Shown here in pieces: positions 1 to 13,800 of a stretch of DNA of 64,000 nt. Where the stretch lies: positions 6,822,001 through 6,886,000 of the forward strand of contig NC_087249.1 of NCBI RefSeq assembly GCF_037042905.1, written 5' to 3'. Under the pieces are notes generated by a model. The model made no database searches, was not told the origin of the DNA, and was given only the letters and a program-made list of their open reading frames with translations. Position numbers and translations under genes: made by a program. Each line of letters begins with the position of its first letter. Positions within the stretch are counted from its first letter, which is position 1. The DNA comes from Lytechinus pictus (lineage: Eukaryota).

Positions 1-22
1 TTTGACTCTGACTAACATTTGA

Positions 23-290
23 GGGGTGTCACTGTCTAGTAGTTATGAGTATCGTCTTTCAGTCTGTGGGACGTGGGTTCGATTCCCAGTCATGGCGAGT
101 TTTCCTTCAGCAAGAAATTTACCCACATTGTGATGCACTCAACCCAGGTGAGGTAAATGGGTATCGGCCTGAAGTAAATCCTCAAAAAGCTGTGAGTATC
201 GGAATCGGTTGCCGAGCTTAAACGGGATAATAGGAGCGCCTTGACCACCCATCAAGGTGGAATCGTGCGATATACAAAGGCCTATATTAT
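23..290 (+). mobile_element. tRNA-derived SINE
   Basis: B-box GGTTCGATTCC at ~76, followed by the core ccttcagcaagaaatttacccacattgtg…gcactcaacccaggtgaggtaaatgggta shared with other copies; tatta tail. Confidence 0.8.
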
Positions 291-1199
291 TTACTCCTTT
301 TATTATTAAGAATAATTACGGCTCAACCCTATTCAATTAGTCAAACATCGGGACCAGAAATATCAATCGATATACTATAAATACAATTGGTTTGTTACAG
401 ACTCTGCGATGATTACCATGTTGCTATGCATTGTGGTAAAAAAATAGAACTATGTTTAGATCAGCTCGCAGTATTATGAACGTAGGAATAAGCTTGATGT
501 GTTGCTAAACTTTCTCAAGAAATGGCGTCTAAGTCTTTACGCTTTTAGGCTATACGAAGTTTCTCTAATGGCCGAGACTATAGAGAATGCTGAAAATCGA
601 AATTAGGAGATTCGTTTCTTGTTCCTCTAGATTTACGGAAAACTCTTGAATTAAATTCATGTTTTAAGTATAGTCTGTGTTTGCAGTGATTATGAATTAC
701 ATGTGCTCTACAAAACATGGTACAATACGCTGAGGAATGATGGCAAAATACATTCCGTTTTTTTATGTCGTCAGTGTCTTTATGTTTTTTTGCTATGCTA
801 GGTTTCTTTAATCAAGACATGTTGATTGTCAAGACTACAGAGAATATTGAGAACAGGAGATCCTCTTTCGTTCCACATTCGTCTATTGACGGGGAAACTC
901 TGGAATTTAATCTATGTTTTAAGTAAAACCTTTGCTTTGCGTGAAAGGATTATGGATACCATGTGGTCTACAAAACTTGGTACAAAATAGAATCACCGTG
1001 ATGGTTGATGTTATTTTGAAGTTCCTTCCTTTCATTCAGAAGAACCATATTGTTTGCCATCCTGAGTGTTTCTCGTCAACATTCCAAGTCAACAGGTCTT
1101 TTGACCTCCCCATCTAACAGGGTCAAATCTTGACTACTAAATCGGATACCAAGAAGGAGCAAAGTTCCTGCCTGCTACGTAGTTGTCGATGAAGCAAGA

Positions 1200-1490
1200 G
1201 TGGTGCAGTTTCCCAATCACTGCGCAGATGCTCTCTACAACGCACCACTTCCTTTGAAAATGCAAATCGCAATCGACGGCTTAGAGGGTTTTTTGGTTTA
1301 AGTCGGTGGACCAGGACATCAGATCGGCCGAAGACTCGGACCGAAAGAAATGTCGTTTGTCCAGAGTCCAGGACGACATTGCTGTTTTGATTCACCGATT
1401 TTCGACAAAGGCCTTTTTGTCATTGAAGGGTTTTGACAAAAGATTATCTGCGTTATAGAATGCGTTTGCGTAGTGACTGCGAAATACAAT
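1200..1490 (+). repeat. Dispersed repeat family (also 31590-31631 + 32223-32390, 46370-46590, and 47730-48000 on the - strand)
   Basis: Shared core aaatgtcgtttgtccagagtccaggacgac…ctgctgttttgatt. Confidence 0.75.
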
Positions 1491-1700
1491 TAGACATCTT
1501 TTAGAAGAAGTGAAGTTCAGGGTGATTTTATGTGTGATTATCATATCATAAATTGTTAAATAATGTTACATAAGCCTGACTTTCAGTTCGGGCATATTAG
1601 ACTTTACTATCTACGTTGTCAAAGAAGCAAACATATTGTAGTATGTTGATGCAATATTTGTAATTTCTTTGCGAAGAACTTTGAAAACCCCATTTATATC

Positions 1701-2320
1701 TAAAGGTCAAGTTCACCGCAGAAAAATGTTGAGTTGAATAAACAGAGAAAAATCAAACTAGCATAACGCTGAAAATTTCTTCAAAACCGGATGTTAAATA
1801 AGAAAGTAATGACATTTTAAAGTTTCTCTTATTTTCACAAAACAGTGATATGGATAATAATCATTGACATGCAAATGAGACAGTCGTTGATGTCGTTCAC
1901 TCACTAATTCTTTTGTTTTAATTTTTTTGAATTATACAATATATATTTTTTTACATATTTGACAATAAGGACCAACTTAACTGAACCATATCGTATTAAA
2001 TAAGCATTTATGCTAATTCCACAGGTTCTAGGAGGAATTAATCGTTGTTTCACTTGACAATGAGGAGAAAATTAGAATATTTCAGACTTTTTCATGATAA
2101 AATACAAAATAAATAGTCAGTGGATTACGTCACCCGTCTCCTTATTTGCATACCGACCAGGATGTGCATATAACTGTTTTGTAAAATTAAGCAAAACTCT
2201 AAAATGTCATAACTTTCTCTTTTTACAACCGATTACACACTGAAATTTTCAGTGAGGATTTTCTTGGATTTTTCCTTTTTATTCGAATAAACTTTTTGTT
2301 CGGGTGGACTTGTCCTTTAA
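1701..2320. mobile_element. T2/Kolobok-like MITE (TAAAGG…CCTTTAA)
   Basis: Terminal inverted ends; a second full copy at 44026-44623. Confidence 0.8.
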
Positions 2321-2354
2321 AGGTTATCAGTCCCAAAACAGTGAAATTACTTTC

Positions 2355-2550
2355 TACATTATTATTACTATTGTTATTACCACTATCATCTTCATCATCA
2401 TCATCACTATTATTACTGTTATAATTATTATTATTATCATTATCATACTGTTATTACTATTATTATTATCATTGTTATCATTATTATAATCATTATTATT
2501 ATCATCAATATTATTATCATTATTATTATTTGTTATTATTAATATTATTT
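2355..2550. repeat. (ATT/ATC)n microsatellite
   Basis: Direct inspection. Confidence 0.9.
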
Positions 2551-3445
2551 TATAAGTTTTTAAGCACCTGTCGACCAATACTGGATTCAGACATTCATTG
2601 TTTCCTCTGTTCGTGTAAAACCAATACTTTATGGGAGATCGTTTAAATATAGACCAAAGAATTAGAATTGCTTATAAGCCAACAGCCAACGGGCAGACCG
2701 ACAGCTCATTGCAAATGAAATAAAAACATCAATAATTGTAGATTAGGGAAAATACCATGCTGAACTAGTTTAATAAACAACAATTGAAACGTAGCACTGA
2801 ATACATGTAATACGCTGAAATTGATCTTTCTTTCTGCTCAGAGTGTAAAATGGTAACGAAATTATTTATATGGAAATTTAATTTCTTTGCATTTGTAAAT
2901 TATACGTCGGGGATTATTTCACAAGCCCGTTCGTAAAGTTGCGCATGATCTCACCTACGACTGGAATATGAAGCACCAAAATTTGAGAAGAAAGTATATA
3001 TATATTCATTGACATTGTAAGAAAGCATGATCATATTTTTAATAACAAGAAAGCAATATATTTTTATATGGCACGTAATAATCATGATCTCTTTGCGCCC
3101 AACAAATTAATAAAATGCGTAAGAAATGTTTAAGTTGAACTTTCATTAGATTATGTTATTACACTAGATATTACTATCATTATGATTCATGATACATTGC
3201 AACATCGCATTCTACTCAATCAAATAATTCCATTTGAATTATGTAACTTTTTTTAAATGATTTGGTAAAAATTATATTAACGAAAATTCTCATTCAACTT
3301 TAGAGAAGAAAGTATATATATTTGAACGTAGAAGACGGACCGGAGGGTTCAATGCAACTATCAGTGGAATAACTTCGGATTCATATATTTACGCCACACT
3401 TCGAGACTCGCAGTATGTAATTTGATTACGATATATAACATAGGA

Positions 3446-4381
3446 CAGGGGCGTCGATCCATTTTTCAGATGGGGGGGGGGGGAGGGTGGGTGGCAACGC
3501 GCGAAGGACTGTTTGTAGTAACCTATGAGGAGGATACATATCTCACTACACAGATAATGCGAGTGCCGAGAGCGAGCTGAAATTTCTTTATATTCTGACC
3601 TGAAAGCTTGAAATTCTAAGCATTTTTGGTACCAATGATTAAGATGGGTATCTAAAAGAACAATAGATGCGAGCGCGAAGCGCGAGCTGAAAATTTTGAT
3701 ATTTCGATCTGAATAAAAATGACAGTTTAATGGACGTTTTTGATAAGATATATATCCAACAAAAGATTATTACAAATCAAAGCGGGAGTTCTTTTGAGGT
3801 TTAGAACTGAAAACGGGAAATTCTATTCATCTATTTAATCATGAAAATTGTGGGTTTTTGCTGCAAAAATGATGCGAGCGCGAAGCGCGAGCTAAAAAAA
3901 TTTATATTCCAATCTGAAAATAAAGAACGAGTTGTGTATTTCAATCTCGCTTGCTGATTTCTGTGTAACATTACAATCTTATTTTATTTTTGCACATGCG
4001 GAATTATTGGGGGGGGGGGCAAAACGATATGTTTGCCCCCCCCCAATAATTTCATTGGTGGGGCGATCGCCCCCCTGCCCCTCCCAGGATCAGTGGGGGA
4101 TCCAAGGGAGGGGGAGGGGGCCCGTGCCCCCCCTCTTGAGAGTCACTTCCAATATTGTTAATGTAAATATGTCGTTCATTCACAAGTGTGTCCCCCTTTT
4201 GAGAGTTACAGCAAATATGAATATGTCGTTCATATGCAAGTGATGACCTTTTTAATTTTGTCTTTCAAATTTTACATGGAACAAAATGAGCATATTTTGG
4301 TGAAAACTCCTTTTTTGCTTGTCAAATTTTCCTTGGGGAAAATGTGCCACTACCCCTTGGAAAATCATGGATTCGCCCCTG
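3446..4381. mobile_element. Two adjacent G/C-run-rich hAT-like non-autonomous elements (3446-4089, 4090-4381)
   Basis: CAGGGGCG / CAGTGGGG starts, …GGATTCGCCCCTG end, internal gcgagcgcgaagcgcgagct repeats, poly-G/poly-C runs. Confidence 0.6.
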
Positions 4382-6627
4382 TTTATAGGGTCATAAGAAA
4401 AGCGTAGATTCGGAAGTACTTGATTATAGGCAATAAGTACTTAGAATGTTCAATAGGATGCAAGCTGAGTTACATTTTCAATTTACTTCTTGACTCTTAG
4501 ACACCCAACATGTTAAGGCACCCTCAACCTCGACATCTTGTCTTTAGGCACGAATGCACGGGATCATAATAAAGTCGGTCAGCAATTGTGTGGCCATGGC
4601 GACGTTCTATATCTTCTTCATGTTCCAAACTGTTTCTCAATGCCAGGTGACTCTGCAAGCCTGGCGAGGAGTAATCAGCTAGCTGCGGACGGAAAACCCT
4701 ACATAATAATTATGGCTCGGTTCGACCAAGTTGATTTTGAGGGGCCTTTCTTCGTTCTTCAAAATGATGCTGCACGGTGTCTGGAATCGACGGGAGTCAC
4801 TAAAAAGATGATATAAGGGCATTCCAAACACCAATATGGCGTTTTTCATTCTTTATTTGTTACTTTATTTCACGTGTCTAGGAGTTTTTTGTACTACTTC
4901 GACTTCATCTATTTTTTTCGGGGGGGGGGGATTCTTCTTGCTCATATGAAAATGTATTTGTGCCGTTCCTAATCATGAGATTGCCTATAATGAATGAAAT
5001 GAGATTTGATAGGAATGTTTTAAAGCGAAACTACTCTGATTTGATTTATTGATTTGAATTATCTTTAGCTCACGCGCGAATTTCTTGAAAGTGTTTGTAC
5101 CAGTTTTGAGCTTTATTCATTATTTTAGGGGAATGTTGGTGATAAAACTTTATTTGTGTCCTATGTTAATTCAAGGTGATTTATAAAAAAGGGACGATCC
5201 AGATCTGTGTGCACTTTTTATACACATGCATGCAGCAGTCAAATTTTGTAAATACAAGTGGCTTTAAAGAACGGGATGCTCTAACAAAATACAATACAGA
5301 ATGATAATACTGAAACAAAATATTGCAAAAAAAAATCAAAATCACCTTCACTTTCATTTAAGCAATTGATTTATTAGATAACGTGATGAGTGCGAAATGA
5401 TATCTGACGAATATTATTCTTCATCTTTAGTTTTATTCTTCATTTTTTTTTGCCGAAGACATATGTCTGTCAAAATATGCTTCCAATTATGCCAATTTCA
5501 CTTCACTGGAAATAATCATGATTCATTTGTTAAGGTAGTGATTATGGCATTGACAAAGAAAAGCGAAACTCTCTCTTTTTTAGTATGAATGTGTTGATAC
5601 AAATCTATAGATAGCTATGTTTTTATTCTATTTCTCGGCGGATCACAAACATTGAAACGACCGCAATTTCAATCTTTTCACATTTCGCTTTCTGATTTTT
5701 CTAATAAATATCTTGGATTTCGAGCGATGCTTTTGCTATCAATCTCAACGTGGGGTTTCTAGTTTGTGGTTAAAAGACCTAGCATGGTGCAATAGAGTCA
5801 GTTTCTCTGACGTAAAAATATACCGTGATGATGCGACATATGTATACAAAATATTTCTTTCATATCTTGTCTGATTGAAAAAAAAACATACCCTGATGAA
5901 AACATAGTCTGTTTTTCGTCCTTCGATTTCGGAAATTAGTGTAAATATTTTACGTCATATCAACAATTGTGCCATGCCTGTGATATACACCCATTTAATG
6001 TTGATTTTATTGAAGTATGAAATAGCACATATGTCTATATATAAAATCAATTTTTTGAAGCTCTTTCAATTGAAAAATTTAGAATCCGATCAAGATTAAC
6101 AATGCCTGTCATTCATTCTGAGGGCATTGTACTTCTGGAGAAATCGATTGAACGCCGTCTATTTCTAAGATTTTGCTGATCATGCTGATAATCAAGTTAT
6201 CATAATTAAATGAAATCTACCACGTGTCCACTGATTTTTTTAAACTAACATGAACATTGCTAATCATTGGTACTAGTGGCGAATTTTATTTACCAGCCAT
6301 CGTTTTTAGATGAGAATGGTTTATCTCCTAACAAAGATCCATACAACTATCTTATTAAACAAAAATGTATGTCCTTCTTGGGGATAAGAATAATAACACC
6401 CACTTCTTCCCTTTCAAAAACCCAAATGCCCTCGACCAAGCCTCGGGTGTATACGAATTATTTCAAATGTACCTCGCTTGTGTAATTTATTTTAGACTGT
6501 CAAGTTCTTCAAAAACTTTCATTGATCTTATTCTTTTCGTTTCTGTTTTCACGCAAGCTTATTAGTTACACGGGTTTATTTCCATATTGTGGTCGCATGT
6601 ATGAATTTTCACCATTCGTCATCGCAG

Positions 6628-6871
6628 CACACTAAAAATCTACATTGAAAAACACCGTTGTTTATTTAACACCAGCCCGGTATCTCAATATATAGATATT
6701 TATATATCAGGGAAGTGTTGAAACGACACAAGTTAACAATGAAACCAATGTTGGTTTAACACTGATTAAAGCCGAAATTGGGCCGAAATGGTGCTGCTTC
6801 AATAACTCTCTTTTGTTTTCCAATATAGATACTGGGCTGGTGTTAAGATAACACCGGCATTTTGGCAGTGT
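6628..6871. mobile_element. Palindromic MITE-like element
   Basis: Arms ttaacaccagcccggtatct / agatactgggctggtgttaa; ACACT…AGTGT ends. Confidence 0.6.
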
Positions 6872-7261
6872 AAAATGTCTTGAGGAGATCATGTTTCTGG
6901 GCGTGTCACATGACCCATTTCATATTCCATACCTCTAGATATTGTAGATCCAGCCAGTCTTTTGTATAGCTACGTGCCTTTGGGCGGGTGTAGGGATGGC
7001 GTCCCGCCGGGCCTGGTATGCCGTAGAAACATGGGCTTGTTATCAATTCCCCTTTTCGGCTGTAATGATTGTTTTGTGAGGTGTGTAATTTGGATGGTCC
7101 CTGAAGGCCTAATTGGTCCTTTGACAGTTCAGATTAAAACAGCTCAGCTGGATTAGATATCGATCAAACAATTAGTGCAATTATTATTGTAATGTCAGTG
7201 TCAGTATCTTGAAACGGATATAACAATACGCGTGTATCATGTAATGGCACAATGGATAGCT

Positions 7262-7622
7262 TTAAAGGCATTGTCTAACATTGATTTGACTTAAAAAAAA
7301 ATCTAAGCTGCGAGGTCCCACTTGTCACCTGTGTCTGTGATATGTTTAAAAAATAAAGCTCAGAAAATTGCATCCGAAAATCATTATTCAGTGCTTCAAA
7401 AAGTGAAATAAAAACTTGACCGGAAACACGATCTTAATTGCATCACATACACTTATGTGTTCTATTATTATCGGCACAATAGAAATTACACAAAATCTTT
7501 GATTATAACGTATCATGTTGGTTTCAGAGTTTTTAGGTTGGTAGAAAGGCATCCGTGTACATGTTTCATCTCTCTCTCTTTTTTAAATTTCATGCCTATA
7601 ACGTTAACGTATATGCCTTTAA
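7262..7622. mobile_element. TTAA-flanked MITE (TTAAAGGCAT…ATGCCTTTAA)
   Basis: Terminal inverted repeat including TTAA. Confidence 0.65.
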
Positions 7623-7954
7623 GTTTTGATTGCGACACTTCCCGAAGGTCTAATTGGCCCTTTGAAAATTCAGATCAAGGCTACTAAGCTGGATTGTATA
7701 TCTGTCGATGAGTTTGTACGTTAATAGGTTTTTTTTTTTATTTCACCGTCAATATCTTACCACGAATAGAAAATTGCTGATCTTCCTGGTATCTTGTATG
7801 AGTCAAATAATTAGCTTATAGACGTTCGTTTATATTTGTGCACTCTAATAGTGATTTTGCAACAAACTGCTGTAGCTTCACAGGAAACGAAAGGGTATAT
7901 TGTGGATGATGAGTGTGAATAGATTTTACATGGAAATGAGGATGAATGAGGGGA

Positions 7955-8285
7955 CAGCAAAAAAGCGAAGAAGAAGAAGACGGAGGAGAAAGGGGGGGGG
8001 GGGGGAGAAGCTGAAGAAGAAGAAGAAAAGGAACGGTAGAAGTAGTAGTAGAAGAAGAAAAAGATGGAGAAGAAAAAAAAGAAGAAAAAGAAAAAAAGAG
8101 AAAGAAGGAGATGAGGAAGAAGGAGAAAAAGAAAAATAACAAAAAGAAGAAGAAAAAAAAGAAAAGGAAGAAGAAGAAAAACACGAAGAAGATGATGAAG
8201 AAGAAGAAGAAGGAGGAGAAAGATAAGAAAAACAAATAGGAGGAGGAGGAGAATCATGGTAGAACATAAAAAAGAAGGAATGGGA
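7955..8285. repeat. Purine-rich (GAA/GGA)n tract
   Basis: Direct inspection; source of several spurious ORFs. Confidence 0.9.
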
Positions 8286-8519
8286 TGCAAAATCTGCTCC
8301 TTCTCCTTATTGTCTTTCACAAATTCCACCACAGGAATGTAAGACGATAAAATGTATCATAATCGTCAGACATGTTTCCGTCTCCTTCTTTTATTTTCAA
8401 TTCAATCTATTGTTCAGGATATCATCTTAACAAAAGTAATCCAGAAATTCAAAGCGCACAATTCCTGTCACCTCTCTCTCCCCTCTCTTGCGAACCCATA
8501 CCGCGAGTAACAAGCCATG

Positions 8520-8640
8520 ACCCTAGCCCAACCTGCGCCTGTACCGGATATATTTAGACCGTTTGGCATAGCCAACCAGGCGGTATTCAGCTGACGCTCA
8601 AGAAAGCAGGACGTCCTCAATAGGACCTCTCCTTCATTCA
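8520..8640 (+). promoter_or_regulatory. Putative core promoter of the thrombospondin gene
   Basis: TATA-like GGATATATTTAG at ~8546-8557, a TGACG half-CRE at ~8592 and an Inr-like TCATTC at ~8634, all upstream of the 9008 donor. Confidence 0.4.
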
Positions 8641-9007
8641 TCTTCCAACTCCACAGGCTACATCATCAAAGGCATCTCCCCATTACGTGCTCTCTGGCAA
8701 CCCTTCCATACGCGCTCCCTCAACTTCTGCAGACAACTTGGATGCGAGTGCTTTCAAAAGCCCATCCTCGGCAATCATCGTCAGAGTTCGGCACTCTCAC
8801 ATTGACGAAGGTCGGAGAAACATTACATGACTGTTCTTGCCCGGACTTCTTATCGTTCGATTTGAGATGATCAAATTTTCTTAACTTTGAGGAGGAATCT
8901 TCGTTAAAACTTGAAGAGAACCGTGAAAATATCGTGCATTGTGCCAACTAAAAGGATTTCATACGGTTTGGACTTTTCGAAAAGTAGGGCAAGTCTTAAA
9001 CAACACG
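8580..9007 (+). other. Probable non-coding exon 1 (5' UTR) of the thrombospondin gene; 5' boundary approximate
   Basis: Relatively GC-rich block after a TATA-like element, ending in a strong donor ACG|GTAAGT at 9008. The next exon starts with ATG directly after an AG acceptor, so an upstream exon is required. Confidence 0.6.
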
Positions 9008-10795
9008 GTAAGTCAAATCAGTAGGCCTTGTCCTGCAAGACTACATTTTTTTTCAAGCTATGATTTTTGTCAACTTTGATATAGAGGTATGAACATATAT
9101 GATAATCTTTTTATTTCCATTTCTAGAAAGGAAATTTTTTTTTTTCTTCAAAAAATCGGTTAAATTCTGACCAGTGACAACAATAAATAGGTATTAATCG
9201 AAGCATCAATAATTAATTATTAAATTTCAAAGTTGGTAGCCGTCTTCCGAAGTAGAAATGACCTACAGGCAAGATATGTTTAAGGGTTTGTCAAATCACG
9301 GAGCTCCATGGTAAAATATAACAAAGCTCTTTGATACATAAAATTGTATCCAACTCAATTATTCTGTAATCTACTGTACAAAGACTATGTCCGTCTCCTA
9401 AACAAGTTTATACTTAAAACATTAGGAATTTAAAAATAAGTCCCTTACCAAAGTTTTCTTAGAAATCATTACCAAGCATAAGATAGAACTAATCCACTTA
9501 TTCTCCATGAAATTGAAAATAAATGTCTCCTGAAATGGAAAATGACGTCAGTTGCTACACTGACGGTGGGTCAAATTGCTTTGGATAATTCTATTGCTCA
9601 ATCGACGCCGCAATATGACTTGCACAAACGAGTATGATCCAGAAAGGAATCCAAAAATACAAACGTATTGTGCTGAGTGTAGGCTTTCGTTAATCTTGAC
9701 TGAGTAGCCTTTGTAGGCACTCGAGAACCCCTAAGGCTTTTGGACTGGGGTGGTTTTTACTAACAAGAGGCACGCGAAGCACACATCGAACAAATTATAT
9801 TTCTCAGACTGTAGAATCAAAAGGGAAACCTTTAACCATTAACATCTCGATCTTCAGTCAAATATAGGCTTACTGAAAACGGTTTGTGAAGGTTTATGCC
9901 GATTTATAGTCAATGAAACACCATTTTGACTTAGGGGGTTTTGCTATAATATATTTGCAATCAATTACAAATATTGTGTTGCAATTTTACAATTGAAATC
10001 ATTTTTAACTGTGATCAAATGGCACTTTTTTCAAAAAGCAGATTAACAATCAACTTTAATTTATGATTAATTTAGGGACCGAAAATAGACTTGCAATTGT
10101 AACGCCCTATTATATAGTATTATTTTCAGTAAAATCATGTAAGGTGTCAAAGTGGAAGTTATTGTAATATTTTTTCGTATATGTAGTCCCCGCCAAACAT
10201 TTTTTTAACTAGCCTGTCTGTAGAATGGGGTATACCTTTTCTAGAAATTTACAGTTTAAGCCCTAATGTCCTCAAAATGAAGAAGAAAACTGCTAATGAT
10301 CTATTTAACTTTTGACTGTCACATATCTATATCTTATACCTAACATGCCAATTTTCGACCATTGTTTATCTATGCAGAATAAGCCTACTTTGATCACCAA
10401 GAGGGAAGCAAAGTGTACCCCCCCCCCATTTACACAACAAAAACTGGAATGTTGATTGATGTACATGCATAGAGCACCGCATCAGTCATTTTACTTTGGT
10501 GTTAACTTTTGGTGTTTGTTCCAAACCCATGCGTATTATTCCAACACCTTTGGTTATCACCCTTACACTTTCTGTTGTTCAATCTCGAGGGTGTAATTTC
10601 AACAGGTTGTGGACCTTTAGAGACACAAATGAATGTCAGTTTTAGCACACCAGTTTATACACTGTATCTATGATTAACATGTCATCCCTTAGTCTACACT
10701 GAGGCTAACATTAATAGATTAAAAGATTTACGTCGTTAGCAGGGAACGAACCTAACCTGACCTATCTTCTGTCTGGTTCTTCTAACCCTCTCCAG

Positions 10796-10874
10796 ATGCA
10801 GTTTGGCACGTGTTCCATCATCCTTCTGATGCTGTCCGTGACGTCATCACAGATACCAGTCTCGATGGGAGTCG
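10796..10874 (+). CDS. TSP-B: TSP-B coding exon 1: signal peptide [26 protein letters not shown]
   Basis: Pyrimidine tract ...ctctccag|ATG, hydrophobic core, donor G|gtatgt (phase 1) that fits the next exon. Confidence 0.8.
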
Positions 10875-13800
10875 GTATGTTAATCACCCCTCTTTGCTGT
10901 AGCCCCACCCAAACCCCACCCTTTAAAAAGTTTTTGAAACATTATTAATTTGTTAGACCTGTAAAATGTACTCCCTGTCTAACGTGAAAGCATGCTACTC
11001 TGGAGCGAAGACGGTGTTGGCAGTCGCATGTTCTTATCAGCAGAAACACAAACCGATGGACTTACAGTCATCATGATCCGAAACTTTCACTTATGTCGAC
11101 CAGATGTTATCTATACAGTATAGGGCGCGTAAAGTGGCTTAACATTGTTAAAACTAAAGGAGAGTATTAGCAAATGATAACTCTTTGGCATGTGTCCTTC
11201 TAAATCTCAAATAACCGTTTGGCGAACAAACTTCTTTCAAAGATGGTAATAATATTGTCAATCAAATCGTGTATTCAAATGAACGCAGAGAATCCGATTG
11301 CATACACGACACTTAACACGGACGTTGATCTTAATTGGTTTTGATCCTAGATCAGATGATATCTTAATAGGTGGGGTGTTTGAACTCCAGTTCGGAATCA
11401 GTTCTATCGCTGGGGAGATGTAGAATGTTTCAATATTCCCTGGAAAATGATCACTCACCCAATACATTGCCCAAGAAGACACTATCTGACTATGTACATG
11501 ATGTATACAATTAAACATGTATTTTCTACAACCTAGAGTATTCGGGGTACTTTTAATAGTTTTTAGTCATGAATTATTGTGACGATATTTCGATTTTACA
11601 ACATTATAAAGTCAGTAGCACTATTCACAATTTGTCAAAAGTTTTAATCTCGATAATAAAAAGAAATTAGACAAAATAAAGACAACATAATGTATGGAAA
11701 TGGCTGCCTTTTATGACTTTAAAAAATAAAACTGTCGTTCCAAGGGACATCGCCCTTCTAAAGGTGTAATATTTAGATTGTTTTTTTCAATCAGACAGCA
11801 GTGTATGACAGAAGGTGCGAGCCTATTGTAGGCGTTCGGAATAAATACATTTTCTCATCAATGGAGATGGCAAATTTCCGAAACACACGTGATAAATCGA
11901 AATAATGCAATTTAAAATCTAATTATTCCCATCATGCCTTTGGCGTTTATACCGAATTTCAAATGACGTAGAGGGGTACTTCTTGAAATTAACTAACCAC
12001 ACACTATAATTCCCCCTAAGGTAAACATAATTAAGTGGGCTCTCAGTTAATTAAATTCAGGTACAGAAGCATAATCATAGAATTATAATCATAAAAATAA
12101 ATGTCGATTGTTGGAGAATCATCAGGGATCATTTACCCACCTGATTGGCATTCTTTATTACCTCAGATGCTCACACGTTTTCTTTAAAAAAAATGGAGGA
12201 AGGTTGACGTATCCCGCAAAAAAAATGATACTTGACCAAGCTAGTGATCATTTAGATGAGAGAGTTCAACCAAATGGTCAAGGATAAATTTTAATGAAGG
12301 GTGGCCATCGAACTTGAATGACCTTTGGTTGATGGTCAACTACAGTTGTGCCACTCTATGGCGCCTCAGCAGACTTTGCAAAAACTCTCGTTGCTATCTG
12401 TGAGTTTAATTGTCTAATCGACGTCCATCTGAGAACGAACTTATGGCGCTTTGCTCTCGGAAATTCTTATTGTGTAAATCATCTATGTCCCTTTTCTCAC
12501 TGAGGCAAATGCTAGTGCAGGAAGCCGATCGCTTTAGATGAATTGGTTGAAGTATTAATTAATCTTGATATCAATATTGTTCACAATTTTGATGTCGACG
12601 TTTCGGGTCATTTCTGGTCATTAATCATAGCATTTTTTTTTTCATTTTCGTGTGAATTCCTTGATGTAGTACATTATCCTCGTCTATCATCAGTGGAATT
12701 CCATCTTTGCCGTTTTCTTTTGTTTCTCTTGAAGACACCACCTTTTTCAGAGTTATGCGTAAGGTCATGTATCTCTCCTCCGACTCGTATTCCATTCCGC
12801 ATGAGCTTGTATGTTGGTCGCGCCTAAGGCCCTGCGGGCGGTGGAATTGGACGTGACATCGAAAATTACTTGTTGAATCTTGGCGAGGGATAAACAAGGC
12901 TCGAAACAGGGTGAACGACAATAATGTGCGCTCAGCTGATGCGATCATGCAGCGCTTGTGGCTATTCGATGCGAAGCAATATCGACAAAGACATTTTCCA
13001 CGAGTCTGATGGTATCTTTAATAGCCAACACTCTCAGTGTTGTAGACTCGAAACCTGTTTTATTTGGTAAAATGCGGGGGAAAGTATTGCTATAAATATA
13101 GGGTAACTACATAATGGTCGCTACAAAACAAACTGATAATCATAAAATAACATGCATATCACTGTAAAACTCATTTTTCCTTCTTTTGACATCACTTTTA
13201 AACACGATATGCACAAAAGAATAGTAATGGACCGATGAGACAGTCTTGGGGAATGCCTAAAATCGTTGCAGTACATGGATCGAAACCGGAATTCGTAAAT
13301 ATTACTGAATAAACCATCGGTATGCATTACATGAATAATTCATAAAAGTATCAATTGATAATTTGCATGGTTTATGGTAAAGAAAATGAATCACAAAAAG
13401 GTAAGAATTAACGGTTTTGTTCATAAACGATGAACTCCACCGCCTTATAAGCACAAGAACAACGCTGAAAACACATTTTCCTGTTCTGCACTTTCTATTC
13501 ACATTCTAGTGCAATGCTAAACAAGATCCTACATCTCATATCAAAGTGAGGCTCGAATAGGGGAAGATAATATTCCAGTGTCGGCTAATAGCCTGTCCTA
13601 GTTTTCTTGAAGAAAACACTGATTCCCACCCAAGGGGAGACTCTGTTTTCTTTCTTTCATTTAATTCGTATGGCCATGACATGATGCAAGAAACCGCAAT
13701 CCGGTATCCCCGAAAGATACCACTGTGGACGTCCGTTGTAGATGCTGCGCCGCTTTCGGAGACTGTGCATTAACCCCGCAGGAGCAAACAAGTTTCAAAT

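Noticed and set aside
4538..4816. 92-aa ORF in a moderately GC-rich patch
   Set aside because: No recognisable domain on either strand and no convincing splice partners.
7811..8332. Several ORFs rich in F/L/S or K/R/E
   Set aside because: Translations of the (GAA/GGA)n purine tract; no coding signal.
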